This document shows positions 1 through 10,132 of a stretch of 64,000 nucleotides of DNA, one piece after another. The stretch is taken from positions 15,821 through 79,820 of the IMG/VR virus record IMGVR_UViG_3300049847_000663. The stretch is one strand, 5' to 3'. The number at the start of each line of letters is the position of its first letter. The first letter of the stretch is position 1. The stretch comes from a virus. The position numbers and the translations under genes were made by a program. The notes beneath the pieces are model-generated. The model did not search any database, was not told where the DNA came from, and saw only the letters and a program-made list of their open reading frames with translations.

Positions 1-269
1 TTTTCTTCTAAAACCTCAAAATCATGTGGACATTCTAGCTTGTATAATTCTTGATTGATCTCAAGCCATTTATTATAAGGGATTAATCTTACTCCAGTAG
101 ATAGTGTAGATTCAATTACCAAACAGTCACCAAACAGAACAGCAACATGAGATGGAATTCCTTTATTTAATTCGGTAACATCGTCTTTATAAAAACCGCT
201 ACCCCAAGAAATAAGCTTAGATCCTATTTTTTTATTTTTACTAAATAAATAATAAACTTTTTTATTCAT
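1..269 (-). CDS. Permuted papain-like (YaeF/YiiX, NlpC/P60-related) protein, runs off the window
   Basis: Manual translation MNKKVYYLFSKNKKIGSKLISW...PSHVAVLFGDCLVIEST. The 'S..I.W...SHVA....V.ES' pattern fits permuted NlpC/P60 proteins. Confidence 0.55.
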   Translation of the reverse strand, partial: MNKKVYYLFSKNKKIGSKLISWGSGFYKDDVTELNKGIPSHVAVLFGDCLVIESTLSTGVRLIPYNKWLEINQELYKLECPHDFEVLEE

Positions 270-270
270 A

Positions 271-681
271 CTATTTAGTCAATCGTTGCTGTAGCTTGTA
301 CTGTCTCACTTCAGATTTATCTGCAATTCCACCAATTAACTGTTCGGTCCCAACTGACACTTGATTAGATCGAACTAATTGTTCTATTATTTGACAAGAA
401 GCTTTTTCTAAATCTAAACACGCATGTAATTTGCTATAATTATCTTGACCTAATTGAATCGATACCGCTTTTTGACAAGCTAACATATTAATTTCATTTA
501 AATTAGGAGAAAGTCCTAAACCTATCATACGTTCAACTACGTCGTCGTAATTACTATCAGCTTCGGAATATATTTCACCAAGAAACTCATGATCTTGATT
601 AAAAACAACACGGGATACTAAATTATGTGCATTATGTGCAAATATATTTAGTGTTTTTAAAATAACAGCCAGTTCTTTCAT
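271..681 (-). CDS. Ferritin/Dps-like four-helix protein
   Basis: AHNAHNLV...F.QDHEFLGEIY...D.VVERMIGLG resembles the Dps ferroxidase pattern. Confidence 0.7.
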   Translation of the reverse strand: MKELAVILKTLNIFAHNAHNLVSRVVFNQDHEFLGEIYSEADSNYDDVVERMIGLGLSPNLNEINMLACQKAVSIQLGQDNYSKLHACLDLEKASCQIIEQLVRSNQVSVGTEQLIGGIADKSEVRQYKLQQRLTK

Positions 682-689
682 AGTATCTC

Positions 690-1100
690 CTACACGACTT
701 CGTGTAATGTAAAGTTAACTCCAATTAACGGAGTTGTGTCCGTATCATTTTTTACAACAAGCTGAATGACCATTCCTAAATACAAATCCGCATCATATTC
801 ACTGTGATCTCTATAATAATCTTTAGACATATTAACATTAAATCCAAATTGATTTAATTTATAATTAGGGACTGTTGAATAAGTACCTACTGGAGTATCT
901 ATAATTGAAAAATCAACTTTTACCATATGAGTAAGACCGACAACTTCAATCGTTGTAATTTTACACCAATTATATGGAATTATAAATTCAATTACAGTGT
1001 TCCCGTTTGGATTTAAAGTTGCTTGAACGCCTCTTGATCTTCTAAATAATTTTTTTTGTATATCTGGTAATTCTTTTGAATGAAATGGATATAATTTCAT
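690..1100 (-). CDS. Hypothetical beta-rich virion-associated protein
   Basis: Located in the late operon, alternating hydrophobic beta pattern. Confidence 0.35.
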   Translation of the reverse strand: MKLYPFHSKELPDIQKKLFRRSRGVQATLNPNGNTVIEFIIPYNWCKITTIEVVGLTHMVKVDFSIIDTPVGTYSTVPNYKLNQFGFNVNMSKDYYRDHSEYDADLYLGMVIQLVVKNDTDTTPLIGVNFTLHEVV

Positions 1101-1101
1101 A

Positions 1102-2757
1102 CTAAACGTCCTCTACTGTAAATACTACAGTAATTGTGAAAGTCCCTACTATGGTATTTGTGTTACATTTTACATGCAGACCTTGGTTTTGAATAAGTGT
1201 TATACCTTCTTCATTTCCTTCAGCTTTATACCAGGGAGTCAATTCCTGACTAGTATGATCTGTAGATTCGACATCAGGTGTTCCTGGTGCCCATTCATCA
1301 TTTGACCAAAATGTGTTTCTAAACATAGCACTTTCAGATGTAAAAGTTGCTCCTGTTGCCATTGTTATTGTTCCAGGAAGTACGTTTACTGTATTGTGTG
1401 GATAAGAAATTAAAGCGGTACCGGCACTAAAACTAGCTATACGTTGTAGTGTTATGTTAGCAATTACTCCAGTAACCGCTGTTGTAGTTTCGTTCACTAA
1501 ATAAATTTTAGAAATACGAACAACCGAGGTTCCTGTATTTTGTATAGCAAATAAACTTTTTTGATTCCCCAAAGCGACTTGTGACGCTGTTACTGAATAA
1601 GTAGGTGGTCTATAAGGAATAGCTCTAACAACAAGAGCCGGTGATGAATATGCAGGATTGACGTTTGATACTGCAGAATTGTTAGTACCATCTGTAATTC
1701 TGGTTCTTGCTGTACCATCTGTCTGTTTAGTATCTATACTATTTAAAGAACTATTTCCTGTAGTTTGTAAAGCCGACGTAGCGGCTCCTGAAGGTAAAGG
1801 TAAAGAAGCAGCTGATATCGGTTGAGTAGTGGCTGAACCGTCAACTTTTAAAGAATTAGTTTGATTTACTGCTGTATCAGCTTTTATAGTTACTGTATTA
1901 GTAATAGATGTTACGGCAGCTAATGTAGAAGCCGGTTTCAATAAAGAATTAACACTAGTATCTAAGGCCAAACCATTAGTAGTTCCTATATTTGACGTAA
2001 CTGTACCGTTTACGCTCTGAGTACCTGAAGGTATATTTCTAACAATCAATGCTTGTTCAGTCCCGACTGGTGTTGTATTCGTTAACGTTGCATTATTAGT
2101 TCCGTCTGTTATTTTTGTTCTAGCAGTACCGTCGGTTTGTTTGGTATCTATAGACGCTAAAGATGAATTTCCTGTAGTTTGTAAAGCTGAAGTTGATGCC
2201 CCTGTAGGAAGAGAAACTGTACCCGAAATATTAGTTATATTCCAAGTACCACTTTGGTTTGTTGAAACCGTTCCAGATATCGGAACCGCTGTCGCTCGTA
2301 ACTGCGTATCAGTTAACGGACCCGTTACTGTAATAGAAGATTGATCTGATGATAAAACTACAGGAACTGAATTTAACATAGGTTTTTGACCAAGAGAATT
2401 AAATTTACCGTTAAGTGCCGACAGTGTAGTCTCAGTTGCGGCTCCGGTAGGTAATGCGCTAGCTGTGACATTTACGTTTTGGGTAGCCGGAAAATTACTT
2501 ACGCTTATGTTACCATCAACAGTTATACTATTACCACCGTCTTGTATATTAACAGCACCGGCTCCTGACGAATTTTGTACGGTAATCGATTCTAAAGCCG
2601 TCAATGTAGCTGAATCTAATGCAATTGGTCCACTTACAGCAACTGATCCACTTGATACACTAACATTAACCGACGGTTGATCAGCAGCTAATACGACAGA
2701 AACTGAATCTGTTGATGTTTGTTGACCTACTATAGGATTACTTGATTCTATACCCAT
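1102..2757 (-). CDS. Fibre/decoration-like virion protein built from repeated S/T/G/V-rich modules
   Basis: Internal repeats (LPTGASTSALQTTGNSSLASID, QTDGTARTxITDGTNN) and modules shared with the 2757..4316 protein. Confidence 0.6.
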   Translation of the reverse strand: MGIESSNPIVGQQTSTDSVSVVLAADQPSVNVSVSSGSVAVSGPIALDSATLTALESITVQNSSGAGAVNIQDGGNSITVDGNISVSNFPATQNVNVTASALPTGAATETTLSALNGKFNSLGQKPMLNSVPVVLSSDQSSITVTGPLTDTQLRATAVPISGTVSTNQSGTWNITNISGTVSLPTGASTSALQTTGNSSLASIDTKQTDGTARTKITDGTNNATLTNTTPVGTEQALIVRNIPSGTQSVNGTVTSNIGTTNGLALDTSVNSLLKPASTLAAVTSITNTVTIKADTAVNQTNSLKVDGSATTQPISAASLPLPSGAATSALQTTGNSSLNSIDTKQTDGTARTRITDGTNNSAVSNVNPAYSSPALVVRAIPYRPPTYSVTASQVALGNQKSLFAIQNTGTSVVRISKIYLVNETTTAVTGVIANITLQRIASFSAGTALISYPHNTVNVLPGTITMATGATFTSESAMFRNTFWSNDEWAPGTPDVESTDHTSQELTPWYKAEGNEEGITLIQNQGLHVKCNTNTIVGTFTITVVFTVEDV

Positions 2758-4316
2758 TAAGCACCTTCAACTATTGTAAATGTTGCATTTGCGGCTCCGC
2801 CTCTAATAACATTAACTGATTGTGTTGTTATAGTGTTATTTTCTAGAGTAAAAGATGATCCGCTTGTTAATTGTAATGACGGAGCAGCTGCTACCGCCGC
2901 TGCTCCAAATCTAAGCCAAATTGTTTGATTGCTATTATTTTGTATTAATAAATATTTTCTTGATGTATTTGCTGCTAGTGCAACTGAAGACGCGTTCGTC
3001 GCTGTTGCGCTTGAGTGAGTAAATGTTACAGGGAGAGGACCTCTAGGATCAATTTGTACCCCGGCTACATTTATACCTACATCTAGTGCTTGTTGTGAAC
3101 CATTTGTCTGAGATGTTAAATTGTTACCAGCACCATCTTGAGTTCTAGAACTCCATGTACCACTTTGAGTTGCTGAAACTGGAATCGAACTTTGATTCGA
3201 TGCAATAACGACCGGAGTAGAACCTGACATCGTAGATTGACCTAAAGCTGGAGTTTTAGCATCAATTGAAGATAATGAAGAATTTCCTGTAGTTTGTAGA
3301 GCGCTTGTTGAAGCTCCGGTTGGTAATGGTAAACTAGAAGCCGAAATTGGTTGAGTTGTTGCGCTTCCGTCAACCTTAAGAGCGTTCGTTTGATTTACTG
3401 CAGTATCCGCCTTTATAACAACAGTATTGGTAATTGAACCGAGTGTAGTAACTGCTGATAAAGTTGATGTTGGTTTTAATAAAGAATTTACTGAAGTGTC
3501 TAAAGCTAATCCGTTTGTTGTACCAATATTAGCAGTAATTGTACCAGAAACGGGTACTGGGGTCGCTCTAAGTTGAGTGTCAGTTAGAGGACCGGTAACC
3601 GCGACAGAACCAGTTATCGAAACTGAACCGTCTACTGTGATTGAATTTCCGCCGTCCTGTATATTAACGGCAGAAGATCCGCCGGGATTCTGTACAGTAA
3701 CTGACTCTAGGGCAGCTAATGTAGTAGCGCTTAAATCCACAGTTCCACTCACTGGCTGTACGGCAGGAAAATTAGAAACAGAGATACTAGATCCCGATGT
3801 ATCTACTTTATCTGTAGCAAAAGCTAGATCTCTAATATCTAAATCGGCAGCTTGTACAGTTAATGGCGATGTTAATTTACTATCAATACTAGCTAAACTA
3901 GAATTACCTGTAGTCTGTAAAGCTGATGTAGACGCTCCTGTTGGTAACACAGAAGATACAACAGTAACATCTAAACTAGTGGGAAATCCAGATATCGCAA
4001 TAGTACTTCCGCTTACGTCAACTTTATCTGTAGCAAAAGATAAATCTCGAATATCTAAATCAGTAGCCGTTACAGGAAGAGGGACATTTATAATAGCAAC
4101 ATCTAAACCGACCTGCGGTCCGACATGTGTACTTGTTAAAAAGTCGGTTCCATCACCCAATCTAACAGAATCTTCAGTGTGTGTAATTAAAACTTCTAAT
4201 TCTCCCCCGCCGCCAGGAGTACCATTTACAACTTTTACGCGCAAACAATTGTCTTCTACTTCAAAGACGCTACGTAAAACCTGAGGAAAATCATATTTTT
4301 TTAAATCAACAGCCAT
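2757..4316 (-). CDS. Fibre/decoration-like virion protein, paralogous to 1102..2757
   Basis: Repeats DLDIRDLxFATDKVDxSGS x2 and LPTGASTSALQTTGNSSL x2, with a C-terminal beta domain (RKYLLIQNNS...IWLRFG). Confidence 0.6.
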   Translation of the reverse strand: MAVDLKKYDFPQVLRSVFEVEDNCLRVKVVNGTPGGGGELEVLITHTEDSVRLGDGTDFLTSTHVGPQVGLDVAIINVPLPVTATDLDIRDLSFATDKVDVSGSTIAISGFPTSLDVTVVSSVLPTGASTSALQTTGNSSLASIDSKLTSPLTVQAADLDIRDLAFATDKVDTSGSSISVSNFPAVQPVSGTVDLSATTLAALESVTVQNPGGSSAVNIQDGGNSITVDGSVSITGSVAVTGPLTDTQLRATPVPVSGTITANIGTTNGLALDTSVNSLLKPTSTLSAVTTLGSITNTVVIKADTAVNQTNALKVDGSATTQPISASSLPLPTGASTSALQTTGNSSLSSIDAKTPALGQSTMSGSTPVVIASNQSSIPVSATQSGTWSSRTQDGAGNNLTSQTNGSQQALDVGINVAGVQIDPRGPLPVTFTHSSATATNASSVALAANTSRKYLLIQNNSNQTIWLRFGAAAVAAAPSLQLTSGSSFTLENNTITTQSVNVIRGGAANATFTIVEGA

Positions 4317-4502
4317 TTTACAATCCTGACATTAATTATCTTTTGACTTCTTCTTTAATACTTCGTCAATTTTTTTAAAAAATTTATTTTTACTTTTTTT
4401 ATTATATTCCATTTCAACGATTTGATCCTCGTTGTATGCTTTTCCATCAGAATGAAGTCTAACCTGAGCACCTTTTCCATGTAGTGGTAATTTTTTCATA
4501 CA

Positions 4503-4883
4503 TTACTTCCCGTAGCGTTTTCTTAATTTTTCAAAATTTTCAATTGAATTAAAATTAGGATTATCAATGAATTTTTGTTTAATTGAATCGGTCGTTTTTT
4601 GATAATCGGATTCTTCTACCGGTTGACTTTCTCCAGCATATTTAGTATCGACTGTTACATCTGGCGTTGGTTTAAAATTTTCGTCAGGTTTCATTGAAGA
4701 TGGTAAGTTGCGAACTACCTCTTTAATTTTAGAAAATTGATCCGGTCTTTTTGAATAATCTCCGCGAGGAGGTTCCATAAGAGAAGCTTCGTGTACGCTA
4801 GGTACATCATCAGAAGCTGCTATCTTAATGTTACCTTGATCTTGTAACATTTTTAACGCTTGTTTTAGTTGTTCGTCTGTCAT
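4503..4883 (-). CDS. Hypothetical late protein
   Basis: ORF downstream of the portal gene, co-oriented with it. Confidence 0.5.
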   Translation of the reverse strand: MTDEQLKQALKMLQDQGNIKIAASDDVPSVHEASLMEPPRGDYSKRPDQFSKIKEVVRNLPSSMKPDENFKPTPDVTVDTKYAGESQPVEESDYQKTTDSIKQKFIDNPNFNSIENFEKLRKRYGK

Positions 4884-4982
4884 TTCTTCTTTCCTTGTTT
4901 TAAAAATTTTAATAGTTTTTTAAAGTTTTTAGTTTCAAAAGGATCTACTATTTCTTTAGCGTAAACGCTTTTTAAGTTAGCG

Positions 4983-7034
4983 TTATCCACCTTGATTTAG
5001 TCCTACTTGGTCGGCAGTTACGGGAGCATTTTCAAATGGAGGCGGAGGAGCTGGGGGTTGAGGCAAAGAAACACCCTGTTCAGCTGCCATATTATTAGCA
5101 GGTTGATTAGGTATCTGTTGATTTACTGGTGCGTTGGGGTCCATTTGTGAAGTATTAACCATTTGATCGGGACTTGGTTGATTAGCCGGACTTCCGCCAA
5201 TTGGCGCTAGTGGTTGTTCACCATTAATCTTTAAAAGATTAGGGTCAGTTGTACGAAGTAAATCTAAATGTGCTTGAATATGAGTTAAAACTCTTTCAAC
5301 AAGAACCGGATCATTCTTTAAATCTGGATCAGCGAGAACGTTCATATGTTGTTTAATATGAATACTATGTTTTTCCGTAGCAACAGCGTTTACGTCGTCT
5401 CCGCCAACGAGTTTATCGTTCTCGGCTCGAATTAACATCATTGTTCTATCAACGTCGTCGGTCATTACATCAAGATTTCCTGTATTAAGAACTGTGATAT
5501 ATTGTTGTGGTGTATCAATCAATCCCATTTGTAAAAGTTCACTTGCCATCTGAGCTTTACCTGCTGTAGTTTTACTCAAGGGGTTTGTAACATCAACAAT
5601 TACGCGATTAATTTCAGAGAGATCATCCCCAGTAAACTCTTTCATGTAAGAACGATTAGCATCCCCGACAATTGCAGCAATTCTAGGTACAGAAGCGAAG
5701 TCTTTTAAGATATTAATAAGACCGGTTCCAACATCTTCAATAAGTTTTACGTAGGATTGTTGAAGGCCAGAAGCGTATTGAAGCGCCATTGAAGAAACGA
5801 GAGCTAAAGCGTTACCTGACTTCAATGAACTTTCGGGATTTCCTCGAGCAACAGAGTTAACTCCGGATAATGTTTCAATAGTTTGTTCTAATTGTTGTAA
5901 GAAACTAAAAATCTCAGGAGGGGTTTGAGTTAAATTCATAGGTTCAGGTTTACCGAACTCTTGATTAAACTCAATTACGTTAAGACCACCAGCTAAAACG
6001 CTACTATCTACTTCACAACCGCGAGGAACTAGAACGTTTTGTACACCGAATGTAGTTTGGTTAGTTAGAATTGTGCTATAAAGAGAGTTAATTGCGTTCT
6101 GAAGGGGAAGAACGTCAAACATATCAGTATATCCAAAAGGAGTACCAAGAATATCTGAAGCGCTTACTCTATAAATAGGTAATGTTCTATAAGGCATTGG
6201 TACATCAAGAAGAACGATGTCATGATCCAAGAACATTAAGTAACGACCTTGAGGCATAGACTCAGTTCGCTTATGATAAAACTCATAAACAAAAACATCA
6301 TCGGTCTTATCTCTATACATAGCGAAGTAAGATCCACCATACATACGATTGTCTTTAGTGTCTACCTTAAGAATTTTATCACGAAGTTCTGGATATTTTT
6401 CTGCGAGATCGTATCTATTTTTACTAGTGCGAGTAAGAACCCAATCCTGAAGACTCGAATCTTCTTTAGTTGGATCAAAAACAACATCAAATGGAGAAAG
6501 AGTTTTAAAAAGAACATCACCTTGATAAATTGGGGTATTTGTTTCTTCGTTAAAATCGTAAATTTCGCCCGTAGTAGCATTCCATTCAAGTTTAACGAAA
6601 CCTGAACCCATTATAATAGCCATCTCAATAGCACGTTTAAAATAGTCTTCTAAACGCTTTTCGCGAATATAATAATCCAATAGACCATTAGCTAATTTAG
6701 TTTGAACTAAAGATTTATAATCAGTATTTGTTGCACGAGCTTGCATAGCGGGTCGAGTAGCCGTGACCATTACTAAAAGATGTCTAGCTAAATTTCTAAA
6801 GTGATTGACAGGAAGAGTTGTTAATTCACCTTGCTCTCCAGCAAATGTAATCTTATGGGCATTTCCTAAGTTATCGTAAAAACCACCGTAATAGGCCGTA
6901 GATGATTCTCTAAGTACGTTTAGGTAGCCATTGCTATCAAGCCCTAGAAACCAACCCTCAGCTTTAGTTAATACGATTTTAGCTGTTTCATTAGCTTCTC
7001 TCGCCGCAAAATACTTGTTTTTACTTGTATCCAT
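4983..7034 (-). CDS. Portal protein (podovirus-like)
   Basis: 683 aa directly after TerL. Motifs GSGFVKLEWN, SPFDVVFDP and ETLSGVNSVARG, plus a Pro/Gln-rich tail. Confidence 0.85.
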   Translation of the reverse strand: MDTSKNKYFAAREANETAKIVLTKAEGWFLGLDSNGYLNVLRESSTAYYGGFYDNLGNAHKITFAGEQGELTTLPVNHFRNLARHLLVMVTATRPAMQARATNTDYKSLVQTKLANGLLDYYIREKRLEDYFKRAIEMAIIMGSGFVKLEWNATTGEIYDFNEETNTPIYQGDVLFKTLSPFDVVFDPTKEDSSLQDWVLTRTSKNRYDLAEKYPELRDKILKVDTKDNRMYGGSYFAMYRDKTDDVFVYEFYHKRTESMPQGRYLMFLDHDIVLLDVPMPYRTLPIYRVSASDILGTPFGYTDMFDVLPLQNAINSLYSTILTNQTTFGVQNVLVPRGCEVDSSVLAGGLNVIEFNQEFGKPEPMNLTQTPPEIFSFLQQLEQTIETLSGVNSVARGNPESSLKSGNALALVSSMALQYASGLQQSYVKLIEDVGTGLINILKDFASVPRIAAIVGDANRSYMKEFTGDDLSEINRVIVDVTNPLSKTTAGKAQMASELLQMGLIDTPQQYITVLNTGNLDVMTDDVDRTMMLIRAENDKLVGGDDVNAVATEKHSIHIKQHMNVLADPDLKNDPVLVERVLTHIQAHLDLLRTTDPNLLKINGEQPLAPIGGSPANQPSPDQMVNTSQMDPNAPVNQQIPNQPANNMAAEQGVSLPQPPAPPPPFENAPVTADQVGLNQGG

Positions 7035-7068
7035 GAACTACCTTTATTTGAAGGAAAAGGACATACTA

Positions 7069-7079
7069 TATTTGTTAAA
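7069..7079 (-). promoter_or_regulatory. Putative late promoter motif TTTAACAAATA (before portal)
   Basis: One of four intergenic or gene-boundary copies upstream of minus-strand genes. Confidence 0.55.
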
Positions 7080-8502
7080 ATCTTCGCTTAAAAATTTTAA
7101 CTAATTTATCCCGCTTTTCGTTAGTGTTTTTATATACATGCACGTTTTCCCCAACAAGATCACCATAACCCGGAGGAAACGGGTTTTTTCCGTAGCTTAT
7201 ATTACGTATAAGATAAAGTAATGCATCTAGGGCATCAAAGTGGGAACCGTCGGCTCCATATCCAAATTTCTTATAGTTTCCAATAGTTTGCGACTTAGAC
7301 CAGGTGGCATTTTTTATGTGATATTGTAATGTTTTACATTTAGAACTGATTAAGATCTTACGGTTTTGAACTTTTACCCGTAATGTATTTATGGAAGCTT
7401 CTTTGTTATCTTTTTTTGTAGCTATAAACCGTAAATCATGCTGTATAAACAAGTCGTTAAGCAATATTTGATTATTATTATCAGCAAACATCAAATAAGG
7501 AGCCCTGTCTTCCCAAAGCTCAAACATCTTATCCTTGATTTTCTTAGCTAATTCCATAGAATTCTGGCGGTTTTTCATGACGACCTCGTCCTCAACTACC
7601 ACTATTCCCTGCATAAAATCGTAATAACCGAATAGAACTACAGTGAAATCCTTACCACCAATATCCATACTTACGTATTTATCGCTAACTTTTGGTCGCA
7701 TATAAGAATCAACGATGATTTCTTTTTCAGCCATTGCATCAAATTCAGGAATAACTATGCTTGCTGAGTTACGATCAATCTTACACATGTACTCAGCTTG
7801 GAATTGTGGATTATTTACACCACCGGGATATTCGTCAATAATTTCTTGTCTTTTTTTATCATCAATTAAAGGATTATCGAAAATGGTATATTTAAAAAGT
7901 TTACCCTTAGATTCAGCCGGCTCTACAAAATCAGTAATAAATTCATGATCAGGCTTTGCTGGATTTGGGGTTGAAGCTAATATCCCACGACCTTTAGTAG
8001 TTGCTGTAGTTGGAGAAAGAACAGATCTAACTATAGTCTTAAGTTCTCTACAGAAACCGGCTTCATCAACAATCCAAAGATCAGATTTACCACCACGCAG
8101 TCTATCATAATGGCCGCTATCACTACCGGCAATTCTAAGAATACTACCATTTTTAAACTGATAACATTTATCAGCCTCTTTCCATTCAGGTTTTAAATGT
8201 TCGGGACAATCTTCTATTATAGGTTCGATATTTTGTCGAACAATTTGTTTAACCATTTCTTTAGTTTGACAAACATAAAGGACAATAGCATTCTTTTGTC
8301 TTAAGCACGTTTCAATACCAAGAACACACATAAGATAAGTTTTACCTGAACGCCGAGCAAGAAGCATCGTCGTGATATAATCTTCGCCTGTATAGAATTG
8401 ATCGTAGATCTTTTGTTGAAGCGCGTGAAGTTTATGACGTAGAACGCCTCTACCCCAAAGAATCTTCTCCGCTTCCGACTGGACTTTCGATTTTTTGGAC
8501 AT
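7075..8502 (-). CDS. terL: Terminase large subunit
   Basis: Walker A ARRSGKT, Walker B WIVDEAG, coupling motif ASTP, nuclease motifs SMDIGGKD and HFDALDALLY. Confidence 0.93.
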   Translation of the reverse strand: MSKKSKVQSEAEKILWGRGVLRHKLHALQQKIYDQFYTGEDYITTMLLARRSGKTYLMCVLGIETCLRQKNAIVLYVCQTKEMVKQIVRQNIEPIIEDCPEHLKPEWKEADKCYQFKNGSILRIAGSDSGHYDRLRGGKSDLWIVDEAGFCRELKTIVRSVLSPTTATTKGRGILASTPNPAKPDHEFITDFVEPAESKGKLFKYTIFDNPLIDDKKRQEIIDEYPGGVNNPQFQAEYMCKIDRNSASIVIPEFDAMAEKEIIVDSYMRPKVSDKYVSMDIGGKDFTVVLFGYYDFMQGIVVVEDEVVMKNRQNSMELAKKIKDKMFELWEDRAPYLMFADNNNQILLNDLFIQHDLRFIATKKDNKEASINTLRVKVQNRKILISSKCKTLQYHIKNATWSKSQTIGNYKKFGYGADGSHFDALDALLYLIRNISYGKNPFPPGYGDLVGENVHVYKNTNEKRDKLVKIFKRRF

Positions 8503-8899
8503 CGGTTTTTTCACTTTCAATTAGCTGAAGTAATTGTTCATTCGTCATACTATCGTTGACGGGTAGAGAATTAAAATCAGCATTTAAGGTGCTCTTATCT
8601 TGTAGTAATCTTTTATTTTTAATATAAAGATCAAGCATTTTGGCTTCGTTCATCTCAAGCATTCCTACTCTAGATTTAGCTTGAAGCAATCTAATTTGCT
8701 GATCTAAAATTTCTTCTTCGGGAGTAACGTGTATTTTAATTAGTTGAGGCTTAGGAACAATAGTCGATCTAAGCGTGTCTATTTCTTTAAGTAATTTATC
8801 TACTGTTAGTTGAAGTGCTTGATTTTCTTTTTCTAATTTTAATTTTTCAACAGCATCTTCAAAGCCTTCAGATATTTTTTTAATATTTGAAGTGGACAT
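8450..8899 (-). CDS. Candidate terminase small subunit (coiled-coil)
   Basis: Immediately upstream of and overlapping terL; helical, 149 aa. Positional inference only. Confidence 0.4.
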   Translation of the reverse strand: MSTSNIKKISEGFEDAVEKLKLEKENQALQLTVDKLLKEIDTLRSTIVPKPQLIKIHVTPEEEILDQQIRLLQAKSRVGMLEMNEAKMLDLYIKNKRLLQDKSTLNADFNSLPVNDSMTNEQLLQLIESEKTDVQKIESPVGSGEDSLG

Positions 8900-9213
8900 T
8901 AAAAGTACCGCTTACCTTCTTGTGGCATTTGTTTAGGTGCGCCAGTAAAAGTAGTTAAAACCGATAATGAATGTTTTAAAGTTTTAAGTTCTTCTTCAGT
9001 TTGTTTTTTATATTTATCTTCAACTGAATCGCGCTCAAAGCGGGCACAATGAGTCTTATAACCAGATAAAGCACAAAGAGCAACAAAAACAAGAGCATCT
9101 TCATAAGCTACTGAAATAGTTAAACATTTAACTAAATATAGAAATAGAACAATGGATTCAAATTTTACTGATTTTTGTAAAGTATTGAAACCATTCATAA
9201 AAAGTTCTTTCAT
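8899..9213 (-). CDS. Small membrane protein (two hydrophobic segments)
   Basis: SIVLFLYLVKCLTISV and ALVFVALCALSG segments. Confidence 0.5.
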   Translation of the reverse strand: MKELFMNGFNTLQKSVKFESIVLFLYLVKCLTISVAYEDALVFVALCALSGYKTHCARFERDSVEDKYKKQTEEELKTLKHSLSVLTTFTGAPKQMPQEGKRYF

Positions 9214-9325
9214 ATAAATATCCTTTTTAGAATGTTTTAAAACACGTTATTATTGGGCGTAACTACCTAGTTTATTTTAAACTGCGACTAACCGCTGTGT
9301 ATATTGCCGTAATAGCGTTATACCT

Positions 9326-9336
9326 TATTTGTTAAA
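9326..9336 (-). promoter_or_regulatory. Putative late promoter motif TTTAACAAATA (head of the packaging operon)
   Basis: Same 11-mer at the divergence point. Confidence 0.55.
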
Positions 9337-9378
9337 AAAACGGTTTTCTTTTTTAATTGTTTATGGTACATTAAATAA

Positions 9379-10005
9379 ATGATACTATTTTTATTGATGT
9401 TATTTGTTCAAGCAAAAGAACCAATGCGAGTAGCGGTCATTGATTCCGGATTTAATCCTTATGTTGTTGAAAAATTACATAGATGTGATAACCTCCAAGT
9501 AAAATCCTTTGGAAATCCCACTACTTATAAACAAATAGAACATGGTACTAACGTTGCGGGTTTAATTGAAAAGTATGCAAAAAATAAATCTAAATTTTGT
9601 TTCATTCTAATTCGGGGATTATATACAACAAAAAGTACAATTGAATCAATACGTTATGCTATATTAATGAAAGCTAATATTATTAATTATAGCGGAACTG
9701 GAAAATATGAATCTAAAGAAGAACATCAAGCTATATTAGATTTTTTAAATACTGGGGGAAAGTTTTTTACAGCTACTGGAAATGACTCTAAAAATTTAGA
9801 TAAAGAATGTTCTGCATTTCCTGCATGTTATTCGTCACTTAAGATAAATGTAATAACTAATAGAGAATCCTATTCAAACAAATATTCAAAAGCTTTTATT
9901 TCCGATAAAGATGGAAAAAACGAAAACGTATATGATACTGAAATGACTGGAACTAGTCAATCAACTGCTATAGAGACGGGAAGATTTATTAATGAATCAA
10001 ATTAA
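9379..10005 (+). CDS. Secreted subtilisin-like (S8) serine protease
   Basis: Signal peptide; triad motifs VAVIDSG, HGTNVAG and GTSQST; oxyanion TGND. Confidence 0.88.
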   Translation: MILFLLMLFVQAKEPMRVAVIDSGFNPYVVEKLHRCDNLQVKSFGNPTTYKQIEHGTNVAGLIEKYAKNKSKFCFILIRGLYTTKSTIESIRYAILMKANIINYSGTGKYESKEEHQAILDFLNTGGKFFTATGNDSKNLDKECSAFPACYSSLKINVITNRESYSNKYSKAFISDKDGKNENVYDTEMTGTSQSTAIETGRFINESN

Positions 10006-10132
10006 CGTGCAATATTATAAATATACAAGCAATATTAAAGAATATATTTTTGATTATATTGCTTGTGAAAATGATAGATTAATACTTTGTATTTTTTATT
10101 ATGAAAACTATTTTTACATGGAAATAACATGA
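9992..10132 (+). CDS. 46-aa microprotein (family A)
   Basis: Manual translation MNQINVQYYKY...LILCIFYYENYFYMEIT; overlaps both neighbours. Confidence 0.6.
   Translation: MNQINVQYYKYTSNIKEYIFDYIACENDRLILCIFYYENYFYMEIT

Noticed and set aside
2141-4284. Plus-strand ORFs 2141..2344, 2465..2680 and 3577..4284
   Set aside because: Antisense shadows of the S/T/V-rich fibre genes, with no independent support.
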